Assembly: GCA_963676395.1 (NCBI GenBank)
Contig: OY781066.1
Span: 960,001 to 1,024,000 of the forward strand
Direction: 5' to 3'
Length of the DNA: 64,000 nt
DNA from: a bacterium
GTDB taxonomy: Bacteria; Fidelibacterota; Fidelibacteria; Fidelibacterales; Fidelibacteraceae
The translations under genes were made by a program, and so were the position numbers. Position 1 is the first letter of the stretch; every line of letters starts with the position of its first letter. The notes beneath the pieces were generated by a model. That model worked only from the letters and a program-made list of their open reading frames with translations, did no database searches and was not told the origin of the DNA. Shown here in pieces: positions 11,542 to 21,311 of the stretch.

Positions 11542-11714
11542 AAACTTGCGGTCACATTTTTTTGAATCAACGCTGAACAATAGGGAGCCAAAGCTCATAG
11601 TCGGTGGAAATCAGGCCTTCTTGCCATAGTTTGACTACGACAGGTAAAGGAAGATTGAATTCGACGGCGGGCACCCACCGTGTAAATACGGGTTCATTAA
11701 ATAACCGCAAGTTT
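11542..11714 (+). ncRNA. ssrS: Probable 6S RNA
   Basis: Closing stem AAACTTGCGGT (11542-11552) / ACCGCAAGTTT (11704-11714); about 173 nt; internal GGGAGC, GACGGCGGGCACCCACC and CGGGTTCA blocks typical of 6S RNA; T-run at 3' end. Confidence 0.78.
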
Positions 11715-11759
11715 TTTTATGCGTGCTGTTTTTATGCTCTTCTTCATGTTAACACTAGA

Positions 11760-12010
11760 GAATAATTAATTTTATATTTTGAGCTAAATTAACTTGATTT
11801 TATTTATGAAAAGCCGTATGTTGGTTTCGATCATGAGTGTGAATAATATGTGGATAAGCGAATATATTACACCTTGTTGATTGTTAACGATTTTACAGAT
11901 TTTGGCAACAATTATTATAAATAGCTGATTATCAGCATGTTTTATTACCATACTTATTGTGGATAACTTGTTAACAGTATGTGAGTAAATATAGGCGGGA
12001 ATGTGGATAA
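11760..12010. promoter_or_regulatory. DnaA-box cluster, probable oriC / dnaA autoregulatory region
   Basis: TGTGGATAA at 11849, 11958 and 12002; TGTGAATAA at 11838; TGTGAGTAA at 11980; AT-rich tracts; immediately upstream of dnaA. Confidence 0.75.
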
Positions 12011-13415
12011 TATTCAATATGACAAAAATGCACTCTTAGAAGAAGAAAGATGGGGTAAGTGTGTAAAAGAGCTTGAGAGCAACGTAAATCAGCAATCTTT
12101 CAGCTCCTGGTTTGCCCCCTTAAGATACTGTTCAAATGACAATGGTATTTTAACCCTGTCCGCTCCTAATAAATTTCATATTGAGTTTATCGAATATAAT
12201 TACTGGGATACGCTTTCCCCCATCATCGACAAGCATTTCCCCGAAAACAAAAAAGTACAATTCATTATAAACTCTCAAATCAAGCCGGAGCGTCATAATG
12301 ATGCTATTGGCAATAGTACTCCCGAGATACAAGCTGTTCAAGAAGAAAGCAGTCAAAAACCCAAGCCACCCAAACCTGATATCTACTCTACTTTTAACAG
12401 TCGTTTTACATTTGAAGAATTTGTAGAAGGACCGCATAACCAATTTGCTAAAGTTGCTGCCTCTTCGGTTTCCGAAAACCCCGGAAAATCCTACAACCCC
12501 TTGTTTATTTATGGCGGTACCGGATTGGGTAAAACTCACTTACTGCAGGCCATTGGCAACAGAGCCTATATACGAAATCCATACAGAAGAATTATTTACG
12601 TATCAATTGATACGTTTATGAGAGATTTTATAGACGCAATACAGAACAACAAGAAAAACGATTTTTCAATGCTTTACAAGCAAGCAGATATATTATTAGT
12701 GGATGATGTACAATTCCTGAGATCAAGAGAAGGGACACAGGAACAATTTTTCCATATATTTAATGATTTGCTCCAGCGAGATAAACAAATCGTGATTACA
12801 TCGGACCGACCTCCGAAGGAGCTAGAGGGTTTGGAAGAACGTCTTGTGTCCCGTTTTCTTTCAGGTTTAATGGTCGATGTTCAGGCTCCCGACCTTGAAT
12901 CCCGTATTGCTATTTTACAACACAAAACAATCATTGAAAATCTTGATATCCCTTACGAGGTTATTGAATTCATTGCACAAAATATCTCTTCAAATATTCG
13001 TGAACTTGAAGGCACGCTTACAACTATGCTGGCAAGATCTTCTTTGGGACATATAGATATCTCTCTGGGCTTGGCCAAGTCAGTGCTTATGGATATGAAA
13101 GGTGTAAAGCGAGATCGCATGATCTCAATTGATACGGTTCAAAAAGTAGTTACGCGCTACTATAAAGTCACACCAAATGAGATTATCGGCAAAGGTCGAA
13201 GAAAAGAGGTTGCGCTGGCCCGACAAGTTATGATGTATCTCTGTCGTGAACTTTGCCAGGCTTCACTTAAAACCATTGGTTTAAGACTGGGTGGGCGCGA
13301 TCATACCACCGTCATGTACGGTGTGCGCGAGATCGGCAAACGCTGTAAAAATGATCCTGCGTTTAAAAAAGAAGTCGAGTTGATCACGCAGCAAGTTGAA
13401 TTTGAGGGTGACTAA
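12003..13415 (+). CDS. dnaA: Chromosomal replication initiator DnaA
   Basis: YNPLFIYGGTGLGKTHL, LLVDDVQF, NIRELEG, GGRDHTTV; GTG start. Confidence 0.98.
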   Translation: MDNIQYDKNALLEEERWGKCVKELESNVNQQSFSSWFAPLRYCSNDNGILTLSAPNKFHIEFIEYNYWDTLSPIIDKHFPENKKVQFIINSQIKPERHNDAIGNSTPEIQAVQEESSQKPKPPKPDIYSTFNSRFTFEEFVEGPHNQFAKVAASSVSENPGKSYNPLFIYGGTGLGKTHLLQAIGNRAYIRNPYRRIIYVSIDTFMRDFIDAIQNNKKNDFSMLYKQADILLVDDVQFLRSREGTQEQFFHIFNDLLQRDKQIVITSDRPPKELEGLEERLVSRFLSGLMVDVQAPDLESRIAILQHKTIIENLDIPYEVIEFIAQNISSNIRELEGTLTTMLARSSLGHIDISLGLAKSVLMDMKGVKRDRMISIDTVQKVVTRYYKVTPNEIIGKGRRKEVALARQVMMYLCRELCQASLKTIGLRLGGRDHTTVMYGVREIGKRCKNDPAFKKEVELITQQVEFEGD

Positions 13416-13459
13416 ACACTGCACATTCGAAAAAACACACTATATAAAAGCAAACATTT

Positions 13460-13484
13460 AAGGCACAAATTTCTTTGTGCCTTT
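13460..13484. terminator. Intrinsic terminator between convergent dnaA and bcp
   Basis: AAGGCACAAA-tttc-TTTGTGCCTT hairpin. Confidence 0.7.
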
Positions 13485-13534
13485 ATTATATCGCAGTCTT
13501 TATTTTATATTATTTCAAATAATGTACAACTGAG

Positions 13535-14005
13535 TTATTTTTCAACTCCGAATTCTTCCAAAATCTTATCCGAATGGCCTGGAACTCTGACGCGTCCATA
13601 TATCTTCGAGATATTTCCTTCCTCGTCGATCAAAAAGGTCTTACGAATCACACCCACGGTAATCTTACCATACATATTTTTTTCACCCCATGCACCATAG
13701 GTTTTCATTACCTCTTTATCTTCATCGGATAACAATAGAAAGGGTAACTCATATTTCTCAATGAACTTCTTGTGCGCACGAGCCCCATCTTTCGAAACAC
13801 CAATAATCACAATATCATTATCAGTATACGCTTTGTAATCATCCCTAAAAGCACAGGCTTCTTTCGTGCAACCGGGTGTATCATCTTTGGGATAAAAATA
13901 CAAAACAACACGCTTGCCACGAAATTGTGACAAACTATACTCTTTTCCATCTGCATCCGGCAGTTTAAAGTCGGGAGCAACATGCTTTACTTCTAATTTA
14001 TTCAT
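13535..14005 (-). CDS. bcp: Thioredoxin-dependent peroxiredoxin
   Basis: [16 protein letters not shown] motif. Confidence 0.93.
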   Translation of the reverse strand: MNKLEVKHVAPDFKLPDADGKEYSLSQFRGKRVVLYFYPKDDTPGCTKEACAFRDDYKAYTDNDIVIIGVSKDGARAHKKFIEKYELPFLLLSDEDKEVMKTYGAWGEKNMYGKITVGVIRKTFLIDEEGNISKIYGRVRVPGHSDKILEEFGVEK

Positions 14006-14056
14006 GGTCTTTCCTTTATTTTAAATCGTTTTTCAACACACTTACTTCAAGAAAGT

Positions 14057-15073
14057 TCACTTTTTTTTCAAGAATTTAGCCATCGCTTTACGAACCCGCC
14101 GTATTTCATATACGATCCCCAGATGCCCACGATTATTATCAAGCACCAGCGTTTTTGCATTTACAAGCTTAGCAAAACTTAGCGCCTCCCATGGTGAGAC
14201 TGTATGATCCTGTTTGTTTACAATAATAAACAATTTTGTTTTAATTCTTTCCGCTGTTTTTGCGATATCATATTCATCTCTCCAAGATATATCGTGATAA
14301 TACAAAGCTTTTGTCTGACAATAAAAGTTATCGGCATTAAAAGTCGTTGGCTCATACACATCAAATGTAGCAATATAATCTTGTACTTCGGTATGTGACA
14401 GCTCAAGGCAATAATACTCCGGCGACTTTGCATTAACATTCTGATACAATCGTACCGAGCGCATATATTCTTCGGGTGGAATATTGTATTTTCGACCCAT
14501 TTCGATTATATCTAATGCCGCTTCCCGACGAATGATATCATAAGCGGAATTTCTGGGTGAAGAAACATACAACACAGCTTTATCCACCAATTCCGGATAT
14601 TCAGCGACAAACTCAAAACCCTGCATAGACCCCATAGACCCACCTACAAGAGCATGAAGATGATCAATATTCAGATCATCAAGTACAGCTTTCAAACCGT
14701 GTACCATATCGACCACGCGTATATCGGGAAAATCGGGTCCCGCCTGTGTTTTTGAATTTGACGGAGAACTTGAGACTCCATTTCCCAAAGCGTCGACAAT
14801 AACAATGCAGTAAGCCGATGTATCAACAAAATTATATTTTGTGATCAATCCCACCACATGCTCAGACGTCCCTCCATGCCAAGTGGGATATAAAACAAAA
14901 TTACTACTGTCCTGATTGACTTCACCTATAATCCTATAACCCATGCGGCAATTTTCAAGAGTTTCTCCATTAAACAATTGAACATCACCAAGCTCAACAA
15001 AGTTTAGTATTGGCACAGCAAAAGCAATACTTAAAAGGAGAAAAGGCAATAAAATCAAGTTGATCTTTTTCAT
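14057..15073 (-). CDS. Alpha/beta hydrolase, homoserine O-acetyltransferase-like, with signal peptide
   Basis: GGSMG nucleophile elbow, LGNGVSSSPSN, C-terminal GH; start placed at MKKINLILL. Confidence 0.8.
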   Translation of the reverse strand: MKKINLILLPFLLLSIAFAVPILNFVELGDVQLFNGETLENCRMGYRIIGEVNQDSSNFVLYPTWHGGTSEHVVGLITKYNFVDTSAYCIVIVDALGNGVSSSPSNSKTQAGPDFPDIRVVDMVHGLKAVLDDLNIDHLHALVGGSMGSMQGFEFVAEYPELVDKAVLYVSSPRNSAYDIIRREAALDIIEMGRKYNIPPEEYMRSVRLYQNVNAKSPEYYCLELSHTEVQDYIATFDVYEPTTFNADNFYCQTKALYYHDISWRDEYDIAKTAERIKTKLFIIVNKQDHTVSPWEALSFAKLVNAKTLVLDNNRGHLGIVYEIRRVRKAMAKFLKKK

Positions 15074-15158
15074 TTGATTATTCCGTTTTTTTATTTCCAA
15101 AATATAAGCTTCTTATCAGATTAGAAAAAGAATTATAATGATGAGAAATTTATAATTG

Positions 15159-16316
15159 TTATTTACTGTTCAGTTCGTCGATACATTTTCGTATGGCCGC
15201 CACACCGGACTGAATGTCTTTTTCTTCAATGGCAAATGATATCCTGATATACCCCTCGGCAAGCGGCCCGAAATGAGAACCGGGAGTTACCAGTATACCG
15301 TATTGCTCATTTAAGATCTTTACAAAACGTACATCAGACATCCTATCTTCCAACTCGTTCTTAACATTGATCAATATAAAATATCCCGCTTCGGCGCTGA
15401 CATAACTTTTTAATTCATATTGTTGCAAAGTTTCCAACATGAGCTTTCGTCGATTTTGCAATATGGATAATAGCTTATCTTTTGTTTCATCACCTAAACC
15501 CTTTACCATTCGCAACGCCAGTCTTTGAGAAAAAGTATTGGCACAAGTCGATGAAATATAACGAACCGAGTTTATCGCTTCGGTAATCTTCGGGTGAGCA
15601 AACAGCCAACCGATCCGAAGCCCACTGATGCTAAACAGCTTAGTCATGCTTGAAAAGGTAATCACATGATCGGCATAACCGGCAAAGGAACAACAATGAT
15701 TTGTAGCATAGCGAACTTCATAAAAAGATTCATCCACAAGAATATAAATATCGTGCTCTTCACAATAGACTGAAAGTTTTGCAAATTCATTTTTATCAAA
15801 AAGCTGTCCCGTAGCTATCAAAGGATTATTGATCAAGATCGCGCGCGTTTTATCACTGATCATTTCGATCATCTTTTCTGCTGTTACCGCATGAGGCATT
15901 TCGAGCGATACGGGATATTCCCTCACGGTTCCCGAAAAGAAATGACCTACGGCTTCATGTGCACGAAGTGTAAGCGACGGTACAAGCAATTCCTCTTCGG
16001 GGTCCAAAAGCGCGGCAAGAACACAAAAAATAGCCTCTGTTGTACCGGTCGTGATAGTTGTGCCTGCAACACCCCATTCCAATTCATATTTACCGGCAAG
16101 AGCTTCACGAAGTACGGGTAAACCATAAGTTTCGGTATAATTTAAATTCTCTGAGCGTATGATTTCCTGTGCGGCATTCAATAATATTCCCGGCACCGGA
16201 AAAGGTGGCACCGAAGATGTCATATCAATATGTCCTTTAGGAATCTCATCTCTCAGGATTCGTTCACTGGAACCGATCAGATCCAGCAGATGTTGTATGC
16301 GTGTACTAAATTTCAT
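15159..16316 (-). CDS. PLP-dependent aminotransferase class I/II
   Basis: Y...GLPVLREA, DE.FY, SxxK..SISGLRIGW, PGSHFG, YIRISF. Confidence 0.88.
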   Translation of the reverse strand: MKFSTRIQHLLDLIGSSERILRDEIPKGHIDMTSSVPPFPVPGILLNAAQEIIRSENLNYTETYGLPVLREALAGKYELEWGVAGTTITTGTTEAIFCVLAALLDPEEELLVPSLTLRAHEAVGHFFSGTVREYPVSLEMPHAVTAEKMIEMISDKTRAILINNPLIATGQLFDKNEFAKLSVYCEEHDIYILVDESFYEVRYATNHCCSFAGYADHVITFSSMTKLFSISGLRIGWLFAHPKITEAINSVRYISSTCANTFSQRLALRMVKGLGDETKDKLLSILQNRRKLMLETLQQYELKSYVSAEAGYFILINVKNELEDRMSDVRFVKILNEQYGILVTPGSHFGPLAEGYIRISFAIEEKDIQSGVAAIRKCIDELNSK

Positions 16317-16461
16317 CGCGAAATGATAATAAGTTTATTTGTTTAATTAGGCAAGCAATATTTATTCGGAAGCAATTTACCGGAATTCATCTATTGGGAC
16401 TCTTAATAGATTTAGCTTAACACCCCGGGTTTTGAGCTTGACAAAAATTAAACAACAAAAT

Positions 16462-16487
16462 AAAAAGGCTCGGAAATACCGAGCCTT
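16462..16487 (-). terminator. Intrinsic terminator of the M6 protease gene
   Basis: AAGGCTCGG-aaata-CCGAGCCTT hairpin with A-run on the left (U-tail on minus strand). Confidence 0.75.
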
Positions 16488-16507
16488 GTATGACTGTTTT
16501 AATATTA

Positions 16508-19500
16508 TTATTTCAATAAAACCATTTTTCTGGTAATAACCTCAGGCCCGGCCGTCAAACGATACAAGTACATACCACTTGGCAGATCTGCAGCGTGGAA
16601 GCGTACGGTATAATAACCCGCTTCTTGATATCCATTTGCCAATGTGTGGACTAATTGTCCATTTAAATTGTAAACGTTCAATGTCACATTTACATCTTCG
16701 GGCAATTGATAATCTATGCTTGTCATAGGATTAAATGGGTTGGGATAATTTTGAGAGCAGGCAAAATCATCTGGCAGACCATCTGCCAAGCCTGTTTCAC
16801 TCACCAAAACATCAACAACCTGTACACAAGAATCATTTTCAATATCCTTGGCTCGAAGCTCAATGCTTTCTAAACCTTGAAAATCAGAATTCGGTGTTAA
16901 TACCAAAAGCGTATCATCAACAATTCCCACCGCAAGATTTACCGGCAACCCGACCCAAGAATAAGTCATGGGATCACCATTGGGATCAACAAAAATCTCA
17001 TTCAAATTATAGGTCTTTGCCTGATTCATCTTTACATCAAGCGTATCATATGTGTCATCCACAAATACCGGAGCATCATTAAAAACCGTAATATAGTTTA
17101 TTTTCATACTATTAGAGACTTTACCATCCTTTAACGCAGAAAGCGATACAGAATACACGCCTGAACGTGTATAGGTATGAACCGGTTCTTTTTCATTATA
17201 AAATTCACCATCATCGCCAAATTCCCAAATATAAGAATCTGTCGTATCGGGATTACATACCGTTGTATTCATGAATTTTACGGTCAACGGTTTGCGCCCT
17301 TCAGTATTGGCAGCATAAAAACCTGCCGCTAAACCCGTATCCAATGCTGATGAAATTTCAAAATCATCTATACACCAGTACTTTTCTTTTGCCCCACGAT
17401 AGCCTAATTTAAATTTTACATCTCTAAAACCACCAACCATGTCTGACATATCGATCTCGGCCATTTCCGTACCGTTCGTACCCTCTGTCCAACGAGCAGC
17501 TTCAAACCAAACCTGTCCGTTATTGACCGTATACAACAAGCGAGCCAAGGTAAGATTTACAACCTCTAACTTATGTTGGAATTTTACAACAACCGAATGA
17601 CTTAAACCGAAATTAAACGACTGGGTGATCAACTCGGCATCGATCTGTGTTACATTTCCCGCATATTCTGAATCCATCACAATAAAACCATTATCGGATG
17701 TACTTGAGGCAATGGTTCTGTTCAATGGATTTTCTAAGCCAAAAGTTCCATTGCCATAACGATCGAACACGGTCCAACCTTCGGGAATGCCATCAGAAAA
17801 ATCCGTATAATAAAATGGTGGTGAATTTGTCGTGATCTCTTTCAAGTTCTTTTCGGAATATATGTAAGAAGAATCATCAAAAGCAAAAACCGCATAATTT
17901 TGCAAGGTTCCTTCATTCAAACCCGTATGATAAAATACCGTGTCTATACCTTTGTAAACAACCTCGCCACCGGCGATGGATTCGCCTACACTATATTTGT
18001 GCATATTTTCGGGATAACCAAGCTTCGTATCTTCCCCCCAAACGATCATTACTGAATCGGCATTTGCATTCAATTCCCAGGAAACAGTCACCGAATCGTA
18101 ACCCTGAGTTGAAATGGAGATATCGGTAGGACTATCAATACGGGCATCGCCAAACATAAAGGTGATCACACCACCTGATTCGTTGATAGCACGAATGGGT
18201 GAACGACTTGGATTATCGGACCAGTCTAACGCGTTTGGATTGGTATTATCGGTAAAAGAAGTATTTCCGCTTGTACCCGGAAAAGGATCCCCACCATTGT
18301 CATAACCGGCAGAAGGATTTCCAAAACCGTCGGCTTCTTCCAAATCAAAAGCCTGGCGTGCGGGATTATTGTTTAAGCTATTACTATTCCAACCGGAGTG
18401 ATTTAGATCAATATGATAAACCAACAAACCGTGTCCGGGCAGAGCTGCATCAAAACCTGTCCTCTGACGATTTTCCATCATGAAATATTCACCGATATTT
18501 TCTGCCTTAAAATATCGGATCTCATTATACGTATAAGCCGGATTCATCGTAACAGCTTCGATATCACTTAACTCTACCGCAGTAGCCCAGTTTAAGTACA
18601 TTCTTGACCAGGCATTAAATAAAGGAGGACGTCGACCACTATCATTCCAGGAGCCACCGGCCATTTCATCCCAATTCCCCAAACCACCTGAATTACCACC
18701 ACTACCGGAATAATCGGTATCATAAAAATCGGGCAAACCGCAAACATGGCCAAATTCATGGCAAATCACGCCAATGCTTGTAAGTGTCGTACCTGAAGTA
18801 CCATATAATTCATTGGATGTGGAATAATCACCAAAGTATTTTCCATCAAGCTGTTGTGATCCCATAGAATACAACCACCAACGATGCGGCCAAATCGTAT
18901 TGGCCGAAGCACCCGAAGCCTGTCCGTAACCCGCATAGATAAAATAAACATTATCTACATAGCCATCATTATCCAGATCATAATCGGAATAATCTACATA
19001 AGGATCCGCAGCAATAAGTGCATCATAAGTAAATTGTTGAATATTTACATCATGATCATCACCATTATCTTTTCCATAATATTCCCAAGTGGAATCCAAA
19101 TTAATAGGACCTACAACATCAAAGCTAGGATCAAATAGATCGAATGATGTCTTCTTATAATACTCGTTTACAGATCCTATGGCGCCATTATATGTATAAT
19201 CTTTAGCATTAAACAATGAGTCGAAATGCTCGGCATTGTATACAAAATTCTTATTAGAAAAACCTACTAAAATACAAAGAAATTTTCTAGAGCCAAGTGT
19301 TGGAAAATCCGTATGCCCAAAAGGGTCAGCAGCCGGAACTTGCAAGGCAGCACTTTTATGCGTATGCACAGGAGACTGCTGTAAACCGGTTTTTACGGTT
19401 GAAATATTCACCGGCATATTTTCAATGTTTGGCATTTTTTGAATTTGTTTTAAATCTTTTGAATCACGTACTTTCTGATCATGTGCGCGCACACCGGAAA

Positions 19501-19735
19501 GAAGCACGTGTCCTTTATCGTATGATCTTACATATTCATATTCACCTTTAAGGTTTTTTTTGATATGCAAACCATCTTCCGTTTCATGCCAAGAAAAATT
19601 CTCATCACCTTTTAAATATACTTTTAAACTCCTACCATCAGGATAATTTATGGTTTGAGGTTCAGGACTGGCAGGAACCGCAAACAATATAACTACCATT
19701 GACAGCAATAATATAATCACTAACAATTTTTTCAT
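16508..19735 (-). CDS. Secreted M6 (immune inhibitor A-like) metalloprotease with PKD domain and C-terminal secretion-sorting domain
   Basis: Signal peptide; HEFGHVCGLPD (HExxHxxGxxD); WEFGD...PVHTY PKD; QNYPNPFNP...SGMYLYRL...KMVLLK. Confidence 0.9.
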   Translation of the reverse strand: MKKLLVIILLLSMVVILFAVPASPEPQTINYPDGRSLKVYLKGDENFSWHETEDGLHIKKNLKGEYEYVRSYDKGHVLLSGVRAHDQKVRDSKDLKQIQKMPNIENMPVNISTVKTGLQQSPVHTHKSAALQVPAADPFGHTDFPTLGSRKFLCILVGFSNKNFVYNAEHFDSLFNAKDYTYNGAIGSVNEYYKKTSFDLFDPSFDVVGPINLDSTWEYYGKDNGDDHDVNIQQFTYDALIAADPYVDYSDYDLDNDGYVDNVYFIYAGYGQASGASANTIWPHRWWLYSMGSQQLDGKYFGDYSTSNELYGTSGTTLTSIGVICHEFGHVCGLPDFYDTDYSGSGGNSGGLGNWDEMAGGSWNDSGRRPPLFNAWSRMYLNWATAVELSDIEAVTMNPAYTYNEIRYFKAENIGEYFMMENRQRTGFDAALPGHGLLVYHIDLNHSGWNSNSLNNNPARQAFDLEEADGFGNPSAGYDNGGDPFPGTSGNTSFTDNTNPNALDWSDNPSRSPIRAINESGGVITFMFGDARIDSPTDISISTQGYDSVTVSWELNANADSVMIVWGEDTKLGYPENMHKYSVGESIAGGEVVYKGIDTVFYHTGLNEGTLQNYAVFAFDDSSYIYSEKNLKEITTNSPPFYYTDFSDGIPEGWTVFDRYGNGTFGLENPLNRTIASSTSDNGFIVMDSEYAGNVTQIDAELITQSFNFGLSHSVVVKFQHKLEVVNLTLARLLYTVNNGQVWFEAARWTEGTNGTEMAEIDMSDMVGGFRDVKFKLGYRGAKEKYWCIDDFEISSALDTGLAAGFYAANTEGRKPLTVKFMNTTVCNPDTTDSYIWEFGDDGEFYNEKEPVHTYTRSGVYSVSLSALKDGKVSNSMKINYITVFNDAPVFVDDTYDTLDVKMNQAKTYNLNEIFVDPNGDPMTYSWVGLPVNLAVGIVDDTLLVLTPNSDFQGLESIELRAKDIENDSCVQVVDVLVSETGLADGLPDDFACSQNYPNPFNPMTSIDYQLPEDVNVTLNVYNLNGQLVHTLANGYQEAGYYTVRFHAADLPSGMYLYRLTAGPEVITRKMVLLK

Positions 19736-19844
19736 ATAATTTCCTTCTTTCTCAATTTCGGATGTAACTTATAATTATACGAAAGCATTTTGATACATTG
19801 AAATATTTTAATAAGTTTTTATTGCTAAAAGGAGCTTAAAAATT

Positions 19845-21284
19845 ATGGAAAACAAATTATTGGTCGAGCGTTCTGCAGAAGGAAAACAAAGTATCACACT
19901 ACCTTTATGTGATGTCCCCGAACGCCCAATTGAAAATTATATTCCCAAAGAATTTCTGCGCGAGCAGAATTGCAATTTACCCGAAGTCAGCGAACCTGAA
20001 GTTGTTCGTCATTTTATAAATCTTTCAACATTAAATCATCATGTAGACAAGGATTTCTATCCTTTGGGTTCTTGCACAATGAAATACAATCCAAAAATCA
20101 ACGAAGCTGTCGCAGCCTCTCCTTGTCTTTCAGAAATTCATCCTCTTCAAGATCCCGCTACGGTACAATCTGCTCTTAAGATCTATCATGATGTCGATCA
20201 GTATCTTCAAAAGATCACCGGCATGGCTCGCTTTACTCTACAACCTGCGGCCGGTTCACATGGTGAGCTTACCGCTGTTATGGTTATGAGAGCTTACCAC
20301 AAAGAAAAAGGCAACGAAAAAACCACAATCCTGATCCCGGATTCGGCACACGGCACAAATCCCGCTTCCGTACATTTGGGCGGCTACAAAGCTGTTACCG
20401 TAAAATCCACAGTAGATGGTTTGGTTGATATTGCCGATCTTAAAGCAAAGCTGAGTCACGAAGTGGCCGGTTTCATGCTGACCAACCCGAATACTCTGGG
20501 TATTTTTGAAGAAAATGTTCAAAAGATCTCTGAGCTGGTGCATTCTGTAGACGGGCTCATGTACATGGATGGCGCCAACATGAATGCTTTGCTGGGCATT
20601 GTTAAAACCGCTGATATGGGTTTTGATGTTACTCATTTAAACCTACATAAAACCTTTTCTACACCTCACGGTGGTGGCGGACCCGGCTCCGGTCCCATTG
20701 GTGTAGTAGAAAAGCTTATCCCCTATCTTCCTGTTCCAAGAATTGAAAAAAACGATGACACTTACTTCCTTGATTGGGAGCAAAAAAATAGCATCGGTAA
20801 AGTTTTAGGGTTTTGGGGCAACTATTCCGTGATCGTAAAAACCTGGGTTTATATTCGCATGCTGGGTGAAGCAGGATTAAAAGATGTTTCTAAACACGCG
20901 ATCATCAACTCCAATTATATTCGTAAATCACTTGAAGATATCTATGAGCTCCCCTTCAAATCACCAACAATGCATGAGTGTGTGTTTTCGGGCGACCGCC
21001 AAAAAAGTCTTGGTGTAAAAACACTGGATATTGCCAAGCGCATGTTAGATTATGGTGTACATGCTCCCACTATTTATTTTCCACTTATCGTTCATGAAGC
21101 CTTGATGATAGAGCCAAGTGAAACAGAAAGTAAAGAATCATTGGATCATTTTATCAATATTATGCGCAGCATTGCGAAAGAAGTGAAAGAAAATCCCGAA
21201 CTCCTGACTTCAGCACCGCAGAACACACCGGTAAAACGACTCGACGAGGTCAAAGCGAATCGTGAATTGAATATTAGATGGTAG
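19845..21284 (+). CDS. gcvPB: Glycine dehydrogenase (decarboxylating) subunit 2
   Basis: YPLGSCTMKYNP, AHGTNPAS, HLNLHKTFSTPHGGGGPG. Confidence 0.95.
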   Translation: MENKLLVERSAEGKQSITLPLCDVPERPIENYIPKEFLREQNCNLPEVSEPEVVRHFINLSTLNHHVDKDFYPLGSCTMKYNPKINEAVAASPCLSEIHPLQDPATVQSALKIYHDVDQYLQKITGMARFTLQPAAGSHGELTAVMVMRAYHKEKGNEKTTILIPDSAHGTNPASVHLGGYKAVTVKSTVDGLVDIADLKAKLSHEVAGFMLTNPNTLGIFEENVQKISELVHSVDGLMYMDGANMNALLGIVKTADMGFDVTHLNLHKTFSTPHGGGGPGSGPIGVVEKLIPYLPVPRIEKNDDTYFLDWEQKNSIGKVLGFWGNYSVIVKTWVYIRMLGEAGLKDVSKHAIINSNYIRKSLEDIYELPFKSPTMHECVFSGDRQKSLGVKTLDIAKRMLDYGVHAPTIYFPLIVHEALMIEPSETESKESLDHFINIMRSIAKEVKENPELLTSAPQNTPVKRLDEVKANRELNIRW

Positions 21285-21311
21285 GAAAATTGTTTAAAAT
21301 TTAAACCATAT

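Noticed and set aside
11784..12017. 77-aa minus-strand ORF upstream of dnaA
   Set aside because: It lies over the DnaA-box cluster and does not resemble RpmH.
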